DNA of 64,000 bases from an uncultured Deinococcaceae bacterium. GTDB taxonomy: Bacteria > Deinococcota > Deinococci > Deinococcales > Deinococcaceae. The stretch is from contig CAXULY010000004.1 of NCBI GenBank assembly GCA_964252075.1, positions 32,001 to 96,000 on the forward strand. The letters are read 5' to 3'. Numbering within the stretch: the stretch's first letter is position 1; every line of letters begins with the position of its first letter. Below the pieces are notes generated by a model. The model was not told where the DNA came from, did no database searches, and saw only the letters and a list, made by a program, of their open reading frames with translations. Shown piece by piece: positions 35,503-45,777 of the stretch. Position numbers and translations under genes: made by a program.

Positions 35503-36401
35503 GCGGGGACGGCGGGGCGGTTGGCGAGGGCCTCGCGGACCAGGGCGCGCACCTCCTGCGCCTCCGCCTCCGTGAGTTCCAGGCGCGGCGGGCGCACGCG
35601 CGCGGAGCCCATGCCGACCTCCTCCTGCACGAACTTGATGAGCTGCACGAACTTCAGCACCGTGTCCAGGCGCAACAGGGGCAGGAACCAGCGGTACAAC
35701 TCCGTCGCCTCCTGAATGCGGCCCGCGCGCGCGAGGTCGTACAGGCGCACGCTCTCCTCGGGGAACGCACTCACGAGGCCCGCCACCCAGCCTTCCGCAC
35801 CCGCCTGCACGCCCTCCATCAGCGCGTCGTCCACGCCGACCAGCACGCGCACGCGCTCGGGCAGCAGGGCGCGCAGCGCCGTCACGCGGCGCACGTCCGC
35901 GCTGGACTCCTTCACGCCCATGAGGTTCGGGTGCGCCTCAGCCAGTTCCGCGATCTGCTCGGGCAGGAAGTCCGTCTTGTACGCGATGGGGTTGTTGTAC
36001 AGCATGCACGGCAGGTCCGTGGCGCCCAGGACGGCCGCGACGTGCGCGCGCATCTCGCGCCAGTCGCTGGCGTACACGTAGGGGGGCAGCACCATCAGGC
36101 CCCCGCACCCCGCCTCCTGGGCGGCCTGCGCGAGGCGCACGGCGGCGGCGGTGCTGAGCGACGCGATGCCCGGAATGACGGGGCGGTCCCCGGCGGCGGC
36201 CACCAGCGTGCGCAGGATGGCAACCTTCTCCTCGAATTCCAGGGTGGCGCTCTCGCCGAGCGACCCGAGCGGGATGAGGCCCGTGCAGCCCGCGTCGAGC
36301 ATCTGCCGCGCGTGGCGCGCGAGGAAGTCGTGGTCCACGCTGAGGTCCGCGTGGAATGGCGTGGTGATGGCAGGCAGCACTCCGGTGAAGGGGTTGGTCA
36401 T
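35499..36401 (-). CDS. DHDPS-family enzyme, probable 1-pyrroline-4-hydroxy-2-carboxylate deaminase
   Basis: PAITTPF, GSLGE, YNNP, KESS; cluster context. Confidence 0.85.
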   Translation of the reverse strand: MTNPFTGVLPAITTPFHADLSVDHDFLARHARQMLDAGCTGLIPLGSLGESATLEFEEKVAILRTLVAAAGDRPVIPGIASLSTAAAVRLAQAAQEAGCGGLMVLPPYVYASDWREMRAHVAAVLGATDLPCMLYNNPIAYKTDFLPEQIAELAEAHPNLMGVKESSADVRRVTALRALLPERVRVLVGVDDALMEGVQAGAEGWVAGLVSAFPEESVRLYDLARAGRIQEATELYRWFLPLLRLDTVLKFVQLIKFVQEEVGMGSARVRPPRLELTEAEAQEVRALVREALANRPAVPA

Positions 36402-36406
36402 GGTGG

Positions 36407-37951
36407 TCACTCCTTGAGGGGCGAGGGGGTGGTGAGCAGGGCCTGCACGGGGATGGGTTGCAGGGGGGCGCGGGGGGTCGCTTCGGGCGGCCAGCCGTAC
36501 AGGTGCTGGGTGGCGGGCGCGCACACGCGGCCCTGGCAGGCGCCCATGCCGCAGCGCGTGTGCAGTTTCGCCTCGCGCCAGCCCGCGTGCGGGGCGAGCG
36601 CGGCGTGCGGCACGGCCTCGCAGCGGCACACGGTGGTGTCCGGGGCGGGAAGGTCGCGCAGTTCGGGCCGTAGGGCGAAGGCGCGGTCCAGGGCCGCCGC
36701 GAAGGCCGCCTCGCCCGCGCGGGCGGCGAGGGCGAGGGGCAGGGCCTCCACGCGGCCAGCTACAGTGAGGCCCGCGACGCGCCCCCCCGCGCGGGCGGCG
36801 GGCGCTCCAGCCACGCCCGTGACCTCCCCCGCCGCGAACACGCCCGGCACGCTGGTGAGGCCGTAGGCGTTCACGATGACCGCGCCGTCCGGGGTGACGG
36901 CGCAGCCCAGGGCGCGCGCGAGGCGCGTCTCGGGCACCAGCCCGAAGCCCACCGCGAGGCGGTCCACGGGCAGCGTCACGCGCCGCGCGCCACGCTGCAC
37001 AGTCACGGCCTCCAGCCGCTCCGCACCGTGCGCCTCGACGGGGTAACTGCCCAGCCAGTACGGCACGCCCGCCAGCCCGAATCCGAGGCCCGCCGCCTGC
37101 CGCGCCCGACCGGGATCGCGCGCGAGGGCCGCCCCGAAGCCTGCGAGCTGCCGGACCGGCGCCTGCTCCGCGATGGCGAGGACGCGTGCGCCGTGCGCCC
37201 GCAGGCCCGCCGCGACCGCCAGCAGCAGCGGGCCGCTGCCCGCCACCAGCATGCGCTGGCCGCGCACGTTCAGGCCGTCCTTCGCCATCACCTGCAGGGC
37301 GCCCGCGCCGGTCACGCCGGGCAGCGTCCAGCCGGGGAAGGGCAGGAAGCGCTCCAGGGCGCCCGTGGCGAGCAGCACGCGGCGCGCGCGCACCGTGAGG
37401 GCCGCGCCGCCCTGTACGACCAGGAAGCGGAAGCCGTCCGGGGTGGCGTCCAGCACCGCCGCGACGCTCGCGCCCGCGAGGGTGCGGATGTGCGGGTCGG
37501 CCTGCACGCGCGCCACCAGCGCGCCCGCCTCGCCCGACCCGGCGCGGGCGCCGCGCCAGATCTGCCCGCCCGGTCCGGGGCCCGCGTCCAGCAGCAGGAC
37601 CTGCACGCTTCCGGACGCGGCGGCGAGGGCGCCCTCCAGTCCGGCGGGACCCGCGCCCACCACGAGGAGCTCCGTTTCGAGGGTCCGGGACGCCTGGGGG
37701 GTCGGCGTCACCTCGGGCCGCCCGGTCTCGACCTGCATGCCGTCCTGCGCGCGGGTGAGGCAGGTGGTGACGGGCACGCCGTCCACCCACGCGCGGCAGT
37801 CCTGACAGCTCCCCATGCCGCACAGCGGCGCGCGCGGCGAGCCGTCCGGCGCGGGGTGCAGGGGCAGCGCGCCCGCCGCGCCCAGCGCCGCGAGGACGCT
37901 CGCGCCCTCCGGCACGCGCACGGGCTGACCGTTCACGCGCAGCTCAGGCAT
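36407..37951 (-). CDS. Fused 2Fe-2S plus FAD oxidoreductase (D-hydroxyproline dehydrogenase accessory subunits)
   Basis: N-terminal CGMGSCQDC...C, GAGPAG, ATGA, C-terminal CRCE...CGMGACQGRVC. Confidence 0.85.
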   Translation of the reverse strand: MPELRVNGQPVRVPEGASVLAALGAAGALPLHPAPDGSPRAPLCGMGSCQDCRAWVDGVPVTTCLTRAQDGMQVETGRPEVTPTPQASRTLETELLVVGAGPAGLEGALAAASGSVQVLLLDAGPGPGGQIWRGARAGSGEAGALVARVQADPHIRTLAGASVAAVLDATPDGFRFLVVQGGAALTVRARRVLLATGALERFLPFPGWTLPGVTGAGALQVMAKDGLNVRGQRMLVAGSGPLLLAVAAGLRAHGARVLAIAEQAPVRQLAGFGAALARDPGRARQAAGLGFGLAGVPYWLGSYPVEAHGAERLEAVTVQRGARRVTLPVDRLAVGFGLVPETRLARALGCAVTPDGAVIVNAYGLTSVPGVFAAGEVTGVAGAPAARAGGRVAGLTVAGRVEALPLALAARAGEAAFAAALDRAFALRPELRDLPAPDTTVCRCEAVPHAALAPHAGWREAKLHTRCGMGACQGRVCAPATQHLYGWPPEATPRAPLQPIPVQALLTTPSPLKE

Positions 37952-39059
37952 GCACGGCCTCCGCGAAACGCTGCGGGGTGAGGGCGTACTCGTCGGCCTT
38001 GAGGGGCGTGGCCTGACCGGTGAGGTGCGCGGCGAGCAGTTCCGCCGTGCCGAGCGCCGTCGTGACGCCCAGGCCCTCGTGCCCCACCGCGAGGTACACG
38101 CCCGAATGGTCCGGGTGCGGCCCGATGATGGGCAGGTGGTCGGGCGTCGCGGCGCGCAGGCCCGTCCAAGCGCGCAGGGCGGTCGCCTCATGCAGGCCCG
38201 GCAGGTACTCGGCGGCGCGCGCCAGCATGCGGCGCAGCATGCCCCAGTCCAGCTCCGGCACTTCCCGTCCGAACTGGCGGCTGGAGCCCACCAGCAGCTG
38301 CCCGCCGGGGCGCGGCTGCACGTTGAAGGCGACGCTGTCCGTGTCACTGCCGTGCGCGCTCTTCAGGTACCCGAGCTCCACAAGCTGGTGCTGCACGCTG
38401 TCCGGCGCACGCTCCGTGATGAGCAGGTGCCCCTGCCGGGCGCGCAAGGGCAGCTCGGGCAGCAGGCGCGCCGCGCCGATGCCGCCCGCGAGGACGGTGA
38501 GGTCCGCGCGCAGGGTATCGCCGCCCGCGAGGCGCACGCCGCCTGGCACGAGGGCCGTGGCGGCCTCCCGGCGCACGGTGGCGCGCGCCTGCTCCAGCAG
38601 GAACGCGGCGGTGAGGGGCGCGTACACCACCGCGTCTCCCGGCACGCGCAGGCCGCCCGCGAGGCCCGCGCGCAGGGCGGGCTCCCGCCGCGCGAGTTCG
38701 GCCGGACCAATCACGTCGCTCGCCACGCCCGCCGAGGCGTACAGGGCCTGCTTGGCGGGCGTGGCAGCGAGTTCCTCCGCGTCCGCCGCGACCCACAGGG
38801 TGCCGCAGGTGCGGTACTCCGCGCGGTCAGGCAGGCGCGGCGCGAGGTCCCGCCACAGCTCCAGGCTGCGCGCGGTGAGGGCGAGCTGCGCGGGGCTGTC
38901 GTCCATCACGACGAGGTGCCCCATCCCAGCGGCGGTCGCGCCGCCCCCCACCGGGCCAGCCTCCAGCACCGTGACCGCGTACCCGGCACGGGCGAGGGCC
39001 GCCGCACACGCCGCGCCCACGATGCCCGCCCCGATCACCAGCGCGGTCGGCACGCTCAC
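37944..39059 (-). CDS. FAD D-amino-acid dehydrogenase subunit, probable D-hydroxyproline dehydrogenase
   Basis: [24 protein letters not shown]. Confidence 0.88.
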   Translation of the reverse strand: MSVPTALVIGAGIVGAACAAALARAGYAVTVLEAGPVGGGATAAGMGHLVVMDDSPAQLALTARSLELWRDLAPRLPDRAEYRTCGTLWVAADAEELAATPAKQALYASAGVASDVIGPAELARREPALRAGLAGGLRVPGDAVVYAPLTAAFLLEQARATVRREAATALVPGGVRLAGGDTLRADLTVLAGGIGAARLLPELPLRARQGHLLITERAPDSVQHQLVELGYLKSAHGSDTDSVAFNVQPRPGGQLLVGSSRQFGREVPELDWGMLRRMLARAAEYLPGLHEATALRAWTGLRAATPDHLPIIGPHPDHSGVYLAVGHEGLGVTTALGTAELLAAHLTGQATPLKADEYALTPQRFAEAVHA

Positions 39060-39985
39060 AGCCCCCAGGCGAAGGGGTCGGCGTCGTCGATGAGCAGGTC
39101 GCCCTGCGCGGTCACGAAGGCGCGGCCCGTGATGGTGGGGTGCACCTCGCCCTCCCGCAGCTCGTAGCTCGCCTCGAAGCGGCTGAGGATCACGCTCTCC
39201 TGCACCCAGGTCTCGCCAGGCGCGAGGCGGCCCTCCGCGGCGAGGCAGGCGAGTTTCGCGCTGGTGCCGGTGCCGCACGGGGAGCGGTCGTAGGCGCCGC
39301 CGGGGCACAGCACGAAGCTGCGTGCGCTCGCGCCGTCCTCGCCGGGCACGACGAGTTCGATGTGGTCGATGACCGCGCTGTCCTCGCCCGTCACGCCCGC
39401 TTCTTCCAGGGCGGTGCGGACGCTGGAGGCGAACGCGGTCAAATCCTGCACCCGCTCCGGCGCCACCGACTGCCCGTGGTCCTCGCTGATGAAGAACCAG
39501 TTGCCGCCCCACGCCACATCCCCGTGCAGGGGGCCGTGGCCGGGCACGGTCACCTCGACGGCGTGGCGGTGCACGCGCGCGGGCACGTTCGCGACGCTCA
39601 CGCGGCCATCCGCGTGCAGTTCCGCCTCCACGACGCCCACCGGGGTGTCCAGGCGGTGTCGCCCCGGACCGATGCGACCCAGGAACGCCAGGGTGGTCAT
39701 CACGCCGATGGTGCCGTGCCCGCACATGCCGAGCATCCCCGCGTTGTTGAAGTAAATGACGCCCGCCACGCAGTCCGGCGCCTTCGGGGGGAGCAGCAGG
39801 GCGCTCACGAGCACGTCGTGGCCGCGCGGCTCGTTGTTGATGGCTCGCCGCCAGCGGTCGAAGTCGCGCGAGAAGGCGGCGCGCTGCTCCGCGAGGGTCG
39901 CGCCGGGCAGGTCGGGCAGGCCGCCCGTCACGATGCGGGTGGGTTCGCCCGCCGTGTGGCTGTCCACGAAGGGAATGCGGATCAC
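39056..39985 (-). CDS. 4-hydroxyproline 2-epimerase (proline racemase family)
   Basis: [10 protein letters not shown], catalytic GMCGHG and DRSPCGTG. Confidence 0.92.
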   Translation of the reverse strand: MIRIPFVDSHTAGEPTRIVTGGLPDLPGATLAEQRAAFSRDFDRWRRAINNEPRGHDVLVSALLLPPKAPDCVAGVIYFNNAGMLGMCGHGTIGVMTTLAFLGRIGPGRHRLDTPVGVVEAELHADGRVSVANVPARVHRHAVEVTVPGHGPLHGDVAWGGNWFFISEDHGQSVAPERVQDLTAFASSVRTALEEAGVTGEDSAVIDHIELVVPGEDGASARSFVLCPGGAYDRSPCGTGTSAKLACLAAEGRLAPGETWVQESVILSRFEASYELREGEVHPTITGRAFVTAQGDLLIDDADPFAWGL

Positions 39986-40037
39986 GCCCTGAGCCTACGC
40001 CTCGGGCCCGCCCCGGTCTTGTACGCTTTGAGAACCC

Positions 40038-40776
40038 ATGACGCCGATTCCTGCACACTCAGCACATACCGACTTCTGGGCGGGCGTGGCCGACCCTGGC
40101 GCGGCCCTCGGCGTGCTGGACCGCCTGCCGGGCGCGGTGGTGTTCGTGAAGGACGCGCGCTGCCGCTACGTGTTCGCGAACCACACGCTCGCCGCGCGCC
40201 TCGGCCTGCCGGGGCCCGAGGCGCTGCGCGGGCGCACGTCGGCGGAGGTGTTTCCCGTCCCCCTGGGAGAGCGGTATCTGGCACAGGACCGCGCGGTGCT
40301 GGCGGGCGAGGGCGTCACGGACCTGCTGGAACTGCACCTGTACCCGGGCGGCGCGGCGGGCTGGTGCCTCACCACCAAGCGCGCCCTCGCGGGGCACGCG
40401 GGCGACTGGGTAGGCGTGGCGGGCGTGTCGCGCGACGTGCCGTTGAGCGCGGACGCCGCACCGGGCCTCGCGGGCGCCGTGCAGCATATCCAGCAGTGGC
40501 ACGCGGGGCCGCTCTCGGTGGCGGACCTCGCGCGGCTCGCGGGCCTCAGCGTGTCCGCCTTCGAGCGCGCGTGCCGCCGCACCTTCGGCCTCACACCCGG
40601 ACAGCTCATCACGCGCGCGCCTGGACGCCGCGACGCGCCTCCTCGCGGAGGGGGACCTGCCGGTGGCGCGCGTGGCGGTGGAGGTGGGGTACTTCGACCA
40701 CAGCGCCTTCACGCGCGCCTTCCGCACGGCGGTGGGCCTCACGCCCAGCGAGTACCGCCGCCTGCGCGGGCGGTAA
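40038..40776 (+). pseudogene. PAS-AraC regulator with a frameshift at about 40620
   Basis: Frame reads ...FGLTPGQLITRA; the second HTH (LDAATRLL...VGYFDHSAFTRAFRTAVGLTPSEYRR*) continues in another frame from 40621. Confidence 0.85.
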
Positions 40777-41128
40777 GAGGCGGTGCCGCAGGCTCAGGCG
40801 GCTGCCGTCCAGGAAGACCTCGCCGTCGGTGACGAGGGGCATCCAGCCCGCGCGCTCGTGTGGGGCGATGACAGGCCACGCGGCGTGCTCCACGTTCAGC
40901 GCGCCGCGCAGGACCAGGACGGTGATGGTGCAAAGCAACTTCCAGGAGGTGCAGCGCCGTGCCTGCGTGGAGCTTGGCGTGCGTCCCACTGGCGGACCTC
41001 AGCGTGATGGCGCCCGCTGTCTCCCGTTCAGCACCCCAACAACCTGAATCGAGAGAAGGAACGTGGCGGGGCAGCGAGCGTGCCGGGCCAGAGCACCGAC
41101 CCGGCGGCCTCCACCGTCACGCCTGCGG

Positions 41129-41911
41129 TCACTTCACGTTCTGGAAGTCCGGCTGGCGCTTCTCCCCGAAGGCGCGCAGGCCCTCCGCGTGCTCCGCGCC
41201 GCGGCCCGCCACGTCCTGCACCTGCGCCTCGAAAGCCAGCGCGTCATCGAGGGTGCTGGTCATGGCGGCGTGCAGCAGGCGCTTCGTGAGGCCCAGCGCC
41301 GTCACGGGCCGCGCGGCGAGGCGCGCGGCGTAGGCGTTCACCTCCAGTGCGAAGGCCTCGGCGGGCAGCACGCGCTCGCACAGGCCCATCTGCAGCGCGT
41401 CCTGCGCGTTCACGCGCTCGGCGAGCGCCATCAGCTCGAAGGCGCGGCTGTACCCCACCGCGCGCGGCAGCAGCCACGTCGCGCCCGCGTCCGGCACCAG
41501 CGCGATGCTGGAGAACGCGAGCGTCATGGTCGCCGCGCTCGACCACAGGCGGATGTCACCCGCCAGCGCGATGCTGGCGCCCGCGCCCGCCGCGACGCCG
41601 TTCACGGCGGTGATGACGGGCTTCTCCAGCGCCCGCATCGCCTGGATGAGGGGGATGTACGTGTGTTGCAGGTGCTCCGCGTACCCGCTCTGCACGGCGG
41701 ACTGCTCGGTGAGGTCCTGCCCGGCGCAGAAGCCGCGCCCGGCGCCCGTGATGACCACCACACGGACGGCGTCATCGCTGGCGGCGTCGCGCAGGGCCGC
41801 CGTGAGGGCCTGGGCGAGCGCGGTGTTCGCGGCGTTCAGCTTGTCGGGGCGGTTCAGGGTGAGGGTCAGCACGCCCGCTTCCACGGCGGACAGGATCGGG
41901 GTTTCGCTCAT
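41129..41911 (-). CDS. Enoyl-CoA hydratase/isomerase (PaaG-like)
   Basis: LNRPDKLNA, FCAGQDL, NGVAAGAG, LVPDAG. Confidence 0.9.
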   Translation of the reverse strand: MSETPILSAVEAGVLTLTLNRPDKLNAANTALAQALTAALRDAASDDAVRVVVITGAGRGFCAGQDLTEQSAVQSGYAEHLQHTYIPLIQAMRALEKPVITAVNGVAAGAGASIALAGDIRLWSSAATMTLAFSSIALVPDAGATWLLPRAVGYSRAFELMALAERVNAQDALQMGLCERVLPAEAFALEVNAYAARLAARPVTALGLTKRLLHAAMTSTLDDALAFEAQVQDVAGRGAEHAEGLRAFGEKRQPDFQNVK

Positions 41912-42017
41912 GGGGACAGGGTACGGCAAGACGGCGCGGCGCTGGGGGTCGGCCGTCCGGGAGGCGGCTTCCCGCTCACACCGCGTGCCGCGCCCGCCCG
42001 GCGGTACACTGCGCCTC

Positions 42018-42434
42018 ATGAGTGAGCCCGCCCCTTCCCTGCCGGTCGTGCTGGCGCTGGACCTCAGCCCGCGGCGCATTGGTTTCGCGGTGAATCACGG
42101 CGCGCTGGCCTTCGGGCGGGGGAGCCGGGACCGCACGCGGCACAGCGCGGACCTGAAGGCGGTCGTCGCGAAGGCGCGCGCGGAGGGCGCGGCGCTCGCG
42201 GTGCTGGGCCTGCCGCTTCGCACGGACGGCAAGCCCAGTCCCGCCGCGGACCGCGCGCGGAGCTTCGGGCGGGAACTGGAGGCGGCGGGGTTGCCGGTCG
42301 CGTACCAGGACGAGCGCTTCACGACGCGCCGCGCGCGCGAGGCGGGCGCGCAGGACCTCGACGAGGCCGCCGCCGTGGAGATCCTGCAGCTGTACCTGAC
42401 GCGCCTGCTGCAGGCGGCCGCGCCGAGGGACTAA
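42018..42434 (+). CDS. ruvX: Pre-16S rRNA nuclease/resolvase YqgF
   Basis: LALDLSPRRIG, VLGLP, DERFTT, DEAAA. Confidence 0.9.
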   Translation: MSEPAPSLPVVLALDLSPRRIGFAVNHGALAFGRGSRDRTRHSADLKAVVAKARAEGAALAVLGLPLRTDGKPSPAADRARSFGRELEAAGLPVAYQDERFTTRRAREAGAQDLDEAAAVEILQLYLTRLLQAAAPRD

Positions 42435-42442
42435 GCTGAAGC

Positions 42443-42619
42443 ATGCACAACGAGCGGCAGGACTTCGTAGGGGGCATCGTCCGTCGGTTGTTCCGCCGGG
42501 AGGGCGTGCGCCGACCGCCGCCGGATGAGCCGGAGGGCGGCGCGGGCGTGCCGGTGCCCGCCGGGCCGCGCCCGCGCGTGGGTGGGGCGGCCGCCACGCT
42601 GCCCCCGAAGGCGCGCTGA
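42443..42619 (+). CDS. Putative 58-aa Pro/Gly-rich small protein
   Basis: MHNERQDFVGGIVRRLFRREGVRRPPPDEPEGGAGVPVPAGPRPRVGGAAATLPPKAR; TAAGCT 5 nt before ATG. Confidence 0.5.
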   Translation: MHNERQDFVGGIVRRLFRREGVRRPPPDEPEGGAGVPVPAGPRPRVGGAAATLPPKAR

Positions 42620-42658
42620 GCAGCCCGCGCCCACCCCGCCCGTGACCCGGAGGTTGCC

Positions 42659-45307
42659 TTGACCACCCTGCTCGCGCTGCTCGGCGTGCTGTACCTGATC
42701 GCACCCATCGTCAGCTTCGTGATGGCCCTGATGCAGCGGGGCCGCGTGACCACCCTGGAGCGCGAGCTGAGCGACGCGCGCCGGCGCCTGGAGGTGCTGG
42801 AGCGCCAGCTTCAGGGTGAGGGGCCGGGCAGGGTCGTCCTTCCTCCCGCCGCGCTCATCCCACCGCCGCCTGGGCTTCACCGGCACAGCGCGCCGCCCGC
42901 GCCCGTCCCGCTCAGCAAGCCGCTGGACGTCCCGCCTGCCGTGAAGCCCGCCCCGGCCCCCGCGGGCGTGCAGCCGCCAGTCACCACCCCGCCGCCCTCG
43001 CCCTCGCCGTTCTGGGGGTGGGTGACGGGGTTCTTCACGGGTTCGGGCGCGTTCGCGCGCATCGGGGCGGTGCTGCTGCTGATCGGCCTGGGGTCCCTGC
43101 TGAAGTACGCGAGCGACGCGGGCCTCATCAGTCCGCCGCTGCGCGTGCTGGCGGCCGTGCTGGTGGCGGCGGCGCTGTTTGCGGTGGGGTGGCGGCTGCG
43201 GGAGCGGCAGCGGCCCTTCGCGCTGGCGTTGCAGGGCGCGGCCTTCGGCATTCTGTACCTCACGGTGTACGCCGCGTGGCGCCTCTCGGACCTGCTGCCG
43301 GGCGGCGCGAGCCTCGCCCTGCTGGCCGTGCTGGGGGTGGGTCTGGGCGCCCTTGCGGTGCGGCAGAACGCGCAGGCGCTGGCGTGGCTGGGGATTCTGG
43401 GCGGGTTCCTCGCGCCGCTCCTCACGGCGGGGCCGGAGAGCGGTTTCGCGGCGGCGCTGTGGCCGTACTACCTGCTGCTGAACCTCGCGGTGTGCGCGCT
43501 CGCGTGGTGGCGGGACTGGCGGGCGCTGTACGCGCTGGGGTTCTTCTCGACCTTCGTGGTGGCGGTGCTGTGGGGTGTGCTGCGCGGACGACCCGACGCG
43601 GCGGGCGCAGCGGAGGTCACGCTGGTGCTGCTGGCGCTGCTGTACTTCGCGGTGCCGCTGCTGGAGGCGTGGCGGGGCCGCCCCGCGGGCGGTTTCGTGC
43701 AGGGCCTGCTGATCTTCGGGACGCCCGCCGTGTTCCTGAGTCTGCAGGGCGCGCTGCTGGGGTTCACGCGCACGCCGCTCGCCGTGAGCGCCCTCGCGGT
43801 GGCCGTGCTGGAGGGTGGGGCGGCGGTGTGGCTCGCGCGCGTGCGGCCCACCGCGCGGCTGGAGCGGCGCGGCTTCGCGGCGGTGGCGGCCACGGCGTTC
43901 ACGCTGGCGGTCCCGCTGGCCTTCGACTGGGACGTGACGGTGGGCGTGTGGGGCCTGCAGGGCGCGGCGCTCGCGTGGTACGCGGGCCGGGGGCGCTCGC
44001 GCGGGTGGGCGGCGGCGGGCCTCGCGGTGCAGGCGCTCGCACTGGGCGCGTGGTGGCTGGTGCTGGTGTTCACGGTGGCGCTCGACAGCGGGCGCCTCAC
44101 GCCGCCGGTGTTCGTGAACGCGCTGCTGCTGGGCGCGGCGGGCGTCCTGAGCGCGTGGGCGCTGGGCGGGCTGGGGCGCGGGTGGAGCGTCCCGGTGGGC
44201 GTGTACGGGGTTCTGGCGTGGCTGGGCAGCGGATGCCTCTACGCGCTGGACCGCTTCCCGGTGGGCGGGGACGCGCTGGCGCTGGCGTGGGTGGCGGTCA
44301 CGGCGCTGCTGGGCGCGCTCCTGGCCCCCCGACTGGGCGGCGCGGGTGACGTCCTGCGCTGGGCGGCGCTCGCGCCCGCGCCCGCCGCGCTGCTGCTGAC
44401 CCTGGCGCGCGTGGGGCAGCCGGACCCCCTCGCGCGGCTGGGCTGGCTGGGTTTCGCGCTGGCGCTCGCGCTGGGGTGGTGGAGCGCCGGGCAGGTCGCG
44501 CGGCCCGCCGTGACGCGCGCGTTCCGTGCGCTCGGCGTGTGGGTGGGCCTGCTGGTGCTGGCCTGGTGGCTCGCCGCGCGCCTGAACCCGCTGGGCGAGC
44601 CGTGGCCGACCCTGGCGTGGGCGTTGCTGCCGCTGGCGGCGCTGGTGACCGCAACGCTGCTCGCCGCGCGGCGCCCGGCATGGGCGCCGGGCTGGCGGCT
44701 GGGCTGGCTGCCCGTCCTCGCGGCGCTGCTGCTGTGGGCCTTCACGCACCTGGACCTGCCGCCGGAGGCGCCCGGCCTGCCGTACCTGCCGCTCCTCAAC
44801 CCCGCCGACCTGACGCTCGCGGCGGTGGGGCTCATGGGCTGGGCGGTGCTCACGCGCTCCGGGGCGCACCGCACGCCGGGCCTGCCGGACCTCATGGCGC
44901 CCGTGTGGGCGCGCCTCCCCGCGCGCCTCGCGCCACGCCTGCTGGGCGCGCTGGGCGTCGCGTGGTTCACCACCCTGCTGCTGCGCGCGGTCAGTCACTA
45001 CACCCTCGTGCCGTGGGACTGGGATGACCTGCTGGGGGACAGCGCCGCGCAGACCACCGTGACGCTCGGCTGGGCGGTGCTGGGCATCGCGGGCATGACG
45101 TGGGCGACGCGCCGCGGCGTGCGTGAAGTGTGGCTGATCGGCGCGGGCCTGCTGGCGCTCGTGACGCTCAAGTTGTTCCTGGTGGACCTGAGTGGCGTCT
45201 CCGCGCTCGCGCGCATCGTGAGCTTCCTGGGGGCGGGCGCGCTGTTCCTGCTGGTGGGGTACCTGAGCCCCGCGCCGCCGCAGGAGCGCGAGCGCGCCGC
45301 AGGCTGA
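42659..45307 (+). CDS. DUF2339 polytopic membrane protein
   Basis: ARIGAVLLLIG...LLKY, GGFLAP, KLFLVDLS...RIVSFLG; GGAGG RBS. Confidence 0.85.
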   Translation: MTTLLALLGVLYLIAPIVSFVMALMQRGRVTTLERELSDARRRLEVLERQLQGEGPGRVVLPPAALIPPPPGLHRHSAPPAPVPLSKPLDVPPAVKPAPAPAGVQPPVTTPPPSPSPFWGWVTGFFTGSGAFARIGAVLLLIGLGSLLKYASDAGLISPPLRVLAAVLVAAALFAVGWRLRERQRPFALALQGAAFGILYLTVYAAWRLSDLLPGGASLALLAVLGVGLGALAVRQNAQALAWLGILGGFLAPLLTAGPESGFAAALWPYYLLLNLAVCALAWWRDWRALYALGFFSTFVVAVLWGVLRGRPDAAGAAEVTLVLLALLYFAVPLLEAWRGRPAGGFVQGLLIFGTPAVFLSLQGALLGFTRTPLAVSALAVAVLEGGAAVWLARVRPTARLERRGFAAVAATAFTLAVPLAFDWDVTVGVWGLQGAALAWYAGRGRSRGWAAAGLAVQALALGAWWLVLVFTVALDSGRLTPPVFVNALLLGAAGVLSAWALGGLGRGWSVPVGVYGVLAWLGSGCLYALDRFPVGGDALALAWVAVTALLGALLAPRLGGAGDVLRWAALAPAPAALLLTLARVGQPDPLARLGWLGFALALALGWWSAGQVARPAVTRAFRALGVWVGLLVLAWWLAARLNPLGEPWPTLAWALLPLAALVTATLLAARRPAWAPGWRLGWLPVLAALLLWAFTHLDLPPEAPGLPYLPLLNPADLTLAAVGLMGWAVLTRSGAHRTPGLPDLMAPVWARLPARLAPRLLGALGVAWFTTLLLRAVSHYTLVPWDWDDLLGDSAAQTTVTLGWAVLGIAGMTWATRRGVREVWLIGAGLLALVTLKLFLVDLSGVSALARIVSFLGAGALFLLVGYLSPAPPQERERAAG

Positions 45308-45761
45308 GGCGCGGCCCACAGGCCGTCGCGCGCTCCAGTCCCAGAGAGCGCGTCGTGGGGAAGCCCGCCGCGCGGCCCTGCCAGAACACGTCGCGCAGCG
45401 CGGCGGGCCGCACGTCGAGCGCCGCGAGGTCCGCGCGCGTGAGGAAGCGCGCGTCCACGAGGCGCTCGCGCTCCTCGGGCTCGCGGTGGTCGAGGGACAG
45501 CGCGCCGCCCACCTCGCGGCACCGCAGGAACGACTCGTGGATGCGCAGGTCCAGCACGATCAGGTCCTGCACGTACAGCAGGCGCTCGGCGCGCACGATG
45601 AGGCCCGTCTCCTCGCGCACCTCACGCTCCGCGCCCGCGAGGAGGTCCTCGTCGCCCTCCAGGCCGCCGCCGGGCGGCACCCAGAAGTCGTACTGGCCCG
45701 CCTGCCGGTGGCGCATGAGCAGCAGGCGCTCGCCGCGCAGGACGAGGCCCGCAGCGCTCAC
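45168..45761 (-). CDS. NUDIX hydrolase; both ends uncertain
   Basis: Nudix box GGGLEGDEDLLAGAEREVREETGL. Confidence 0.8.
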   Translation of the reverse strand: MSAAGLVLRGERLLLMRHRQAGQYDFWVPPGGGLEGDEDLLAGAEREVREETGLIVRAERLLYVQDLIVLDLRIHESFLRCREVGGALSLDHREPEERERLVDARFLTRADLAALDVRPAALRDVFWQGRAAGFPTTRSLGLERATACGPRLSLRRARAPAAARGSGTPPAGTARPPPGSSRCARARRRHSGPPGTT

Positions 45762-45777
45762 GCGGTGCCGCGTGCGC

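Noticed and set aside
36407..39059. HcnABC hydrogen cyanide synthase
   Set aside because: Same protein families, but the epimerase, deaminase and KGSA dehydrogenase context indicates hydroxyproline catabolism.
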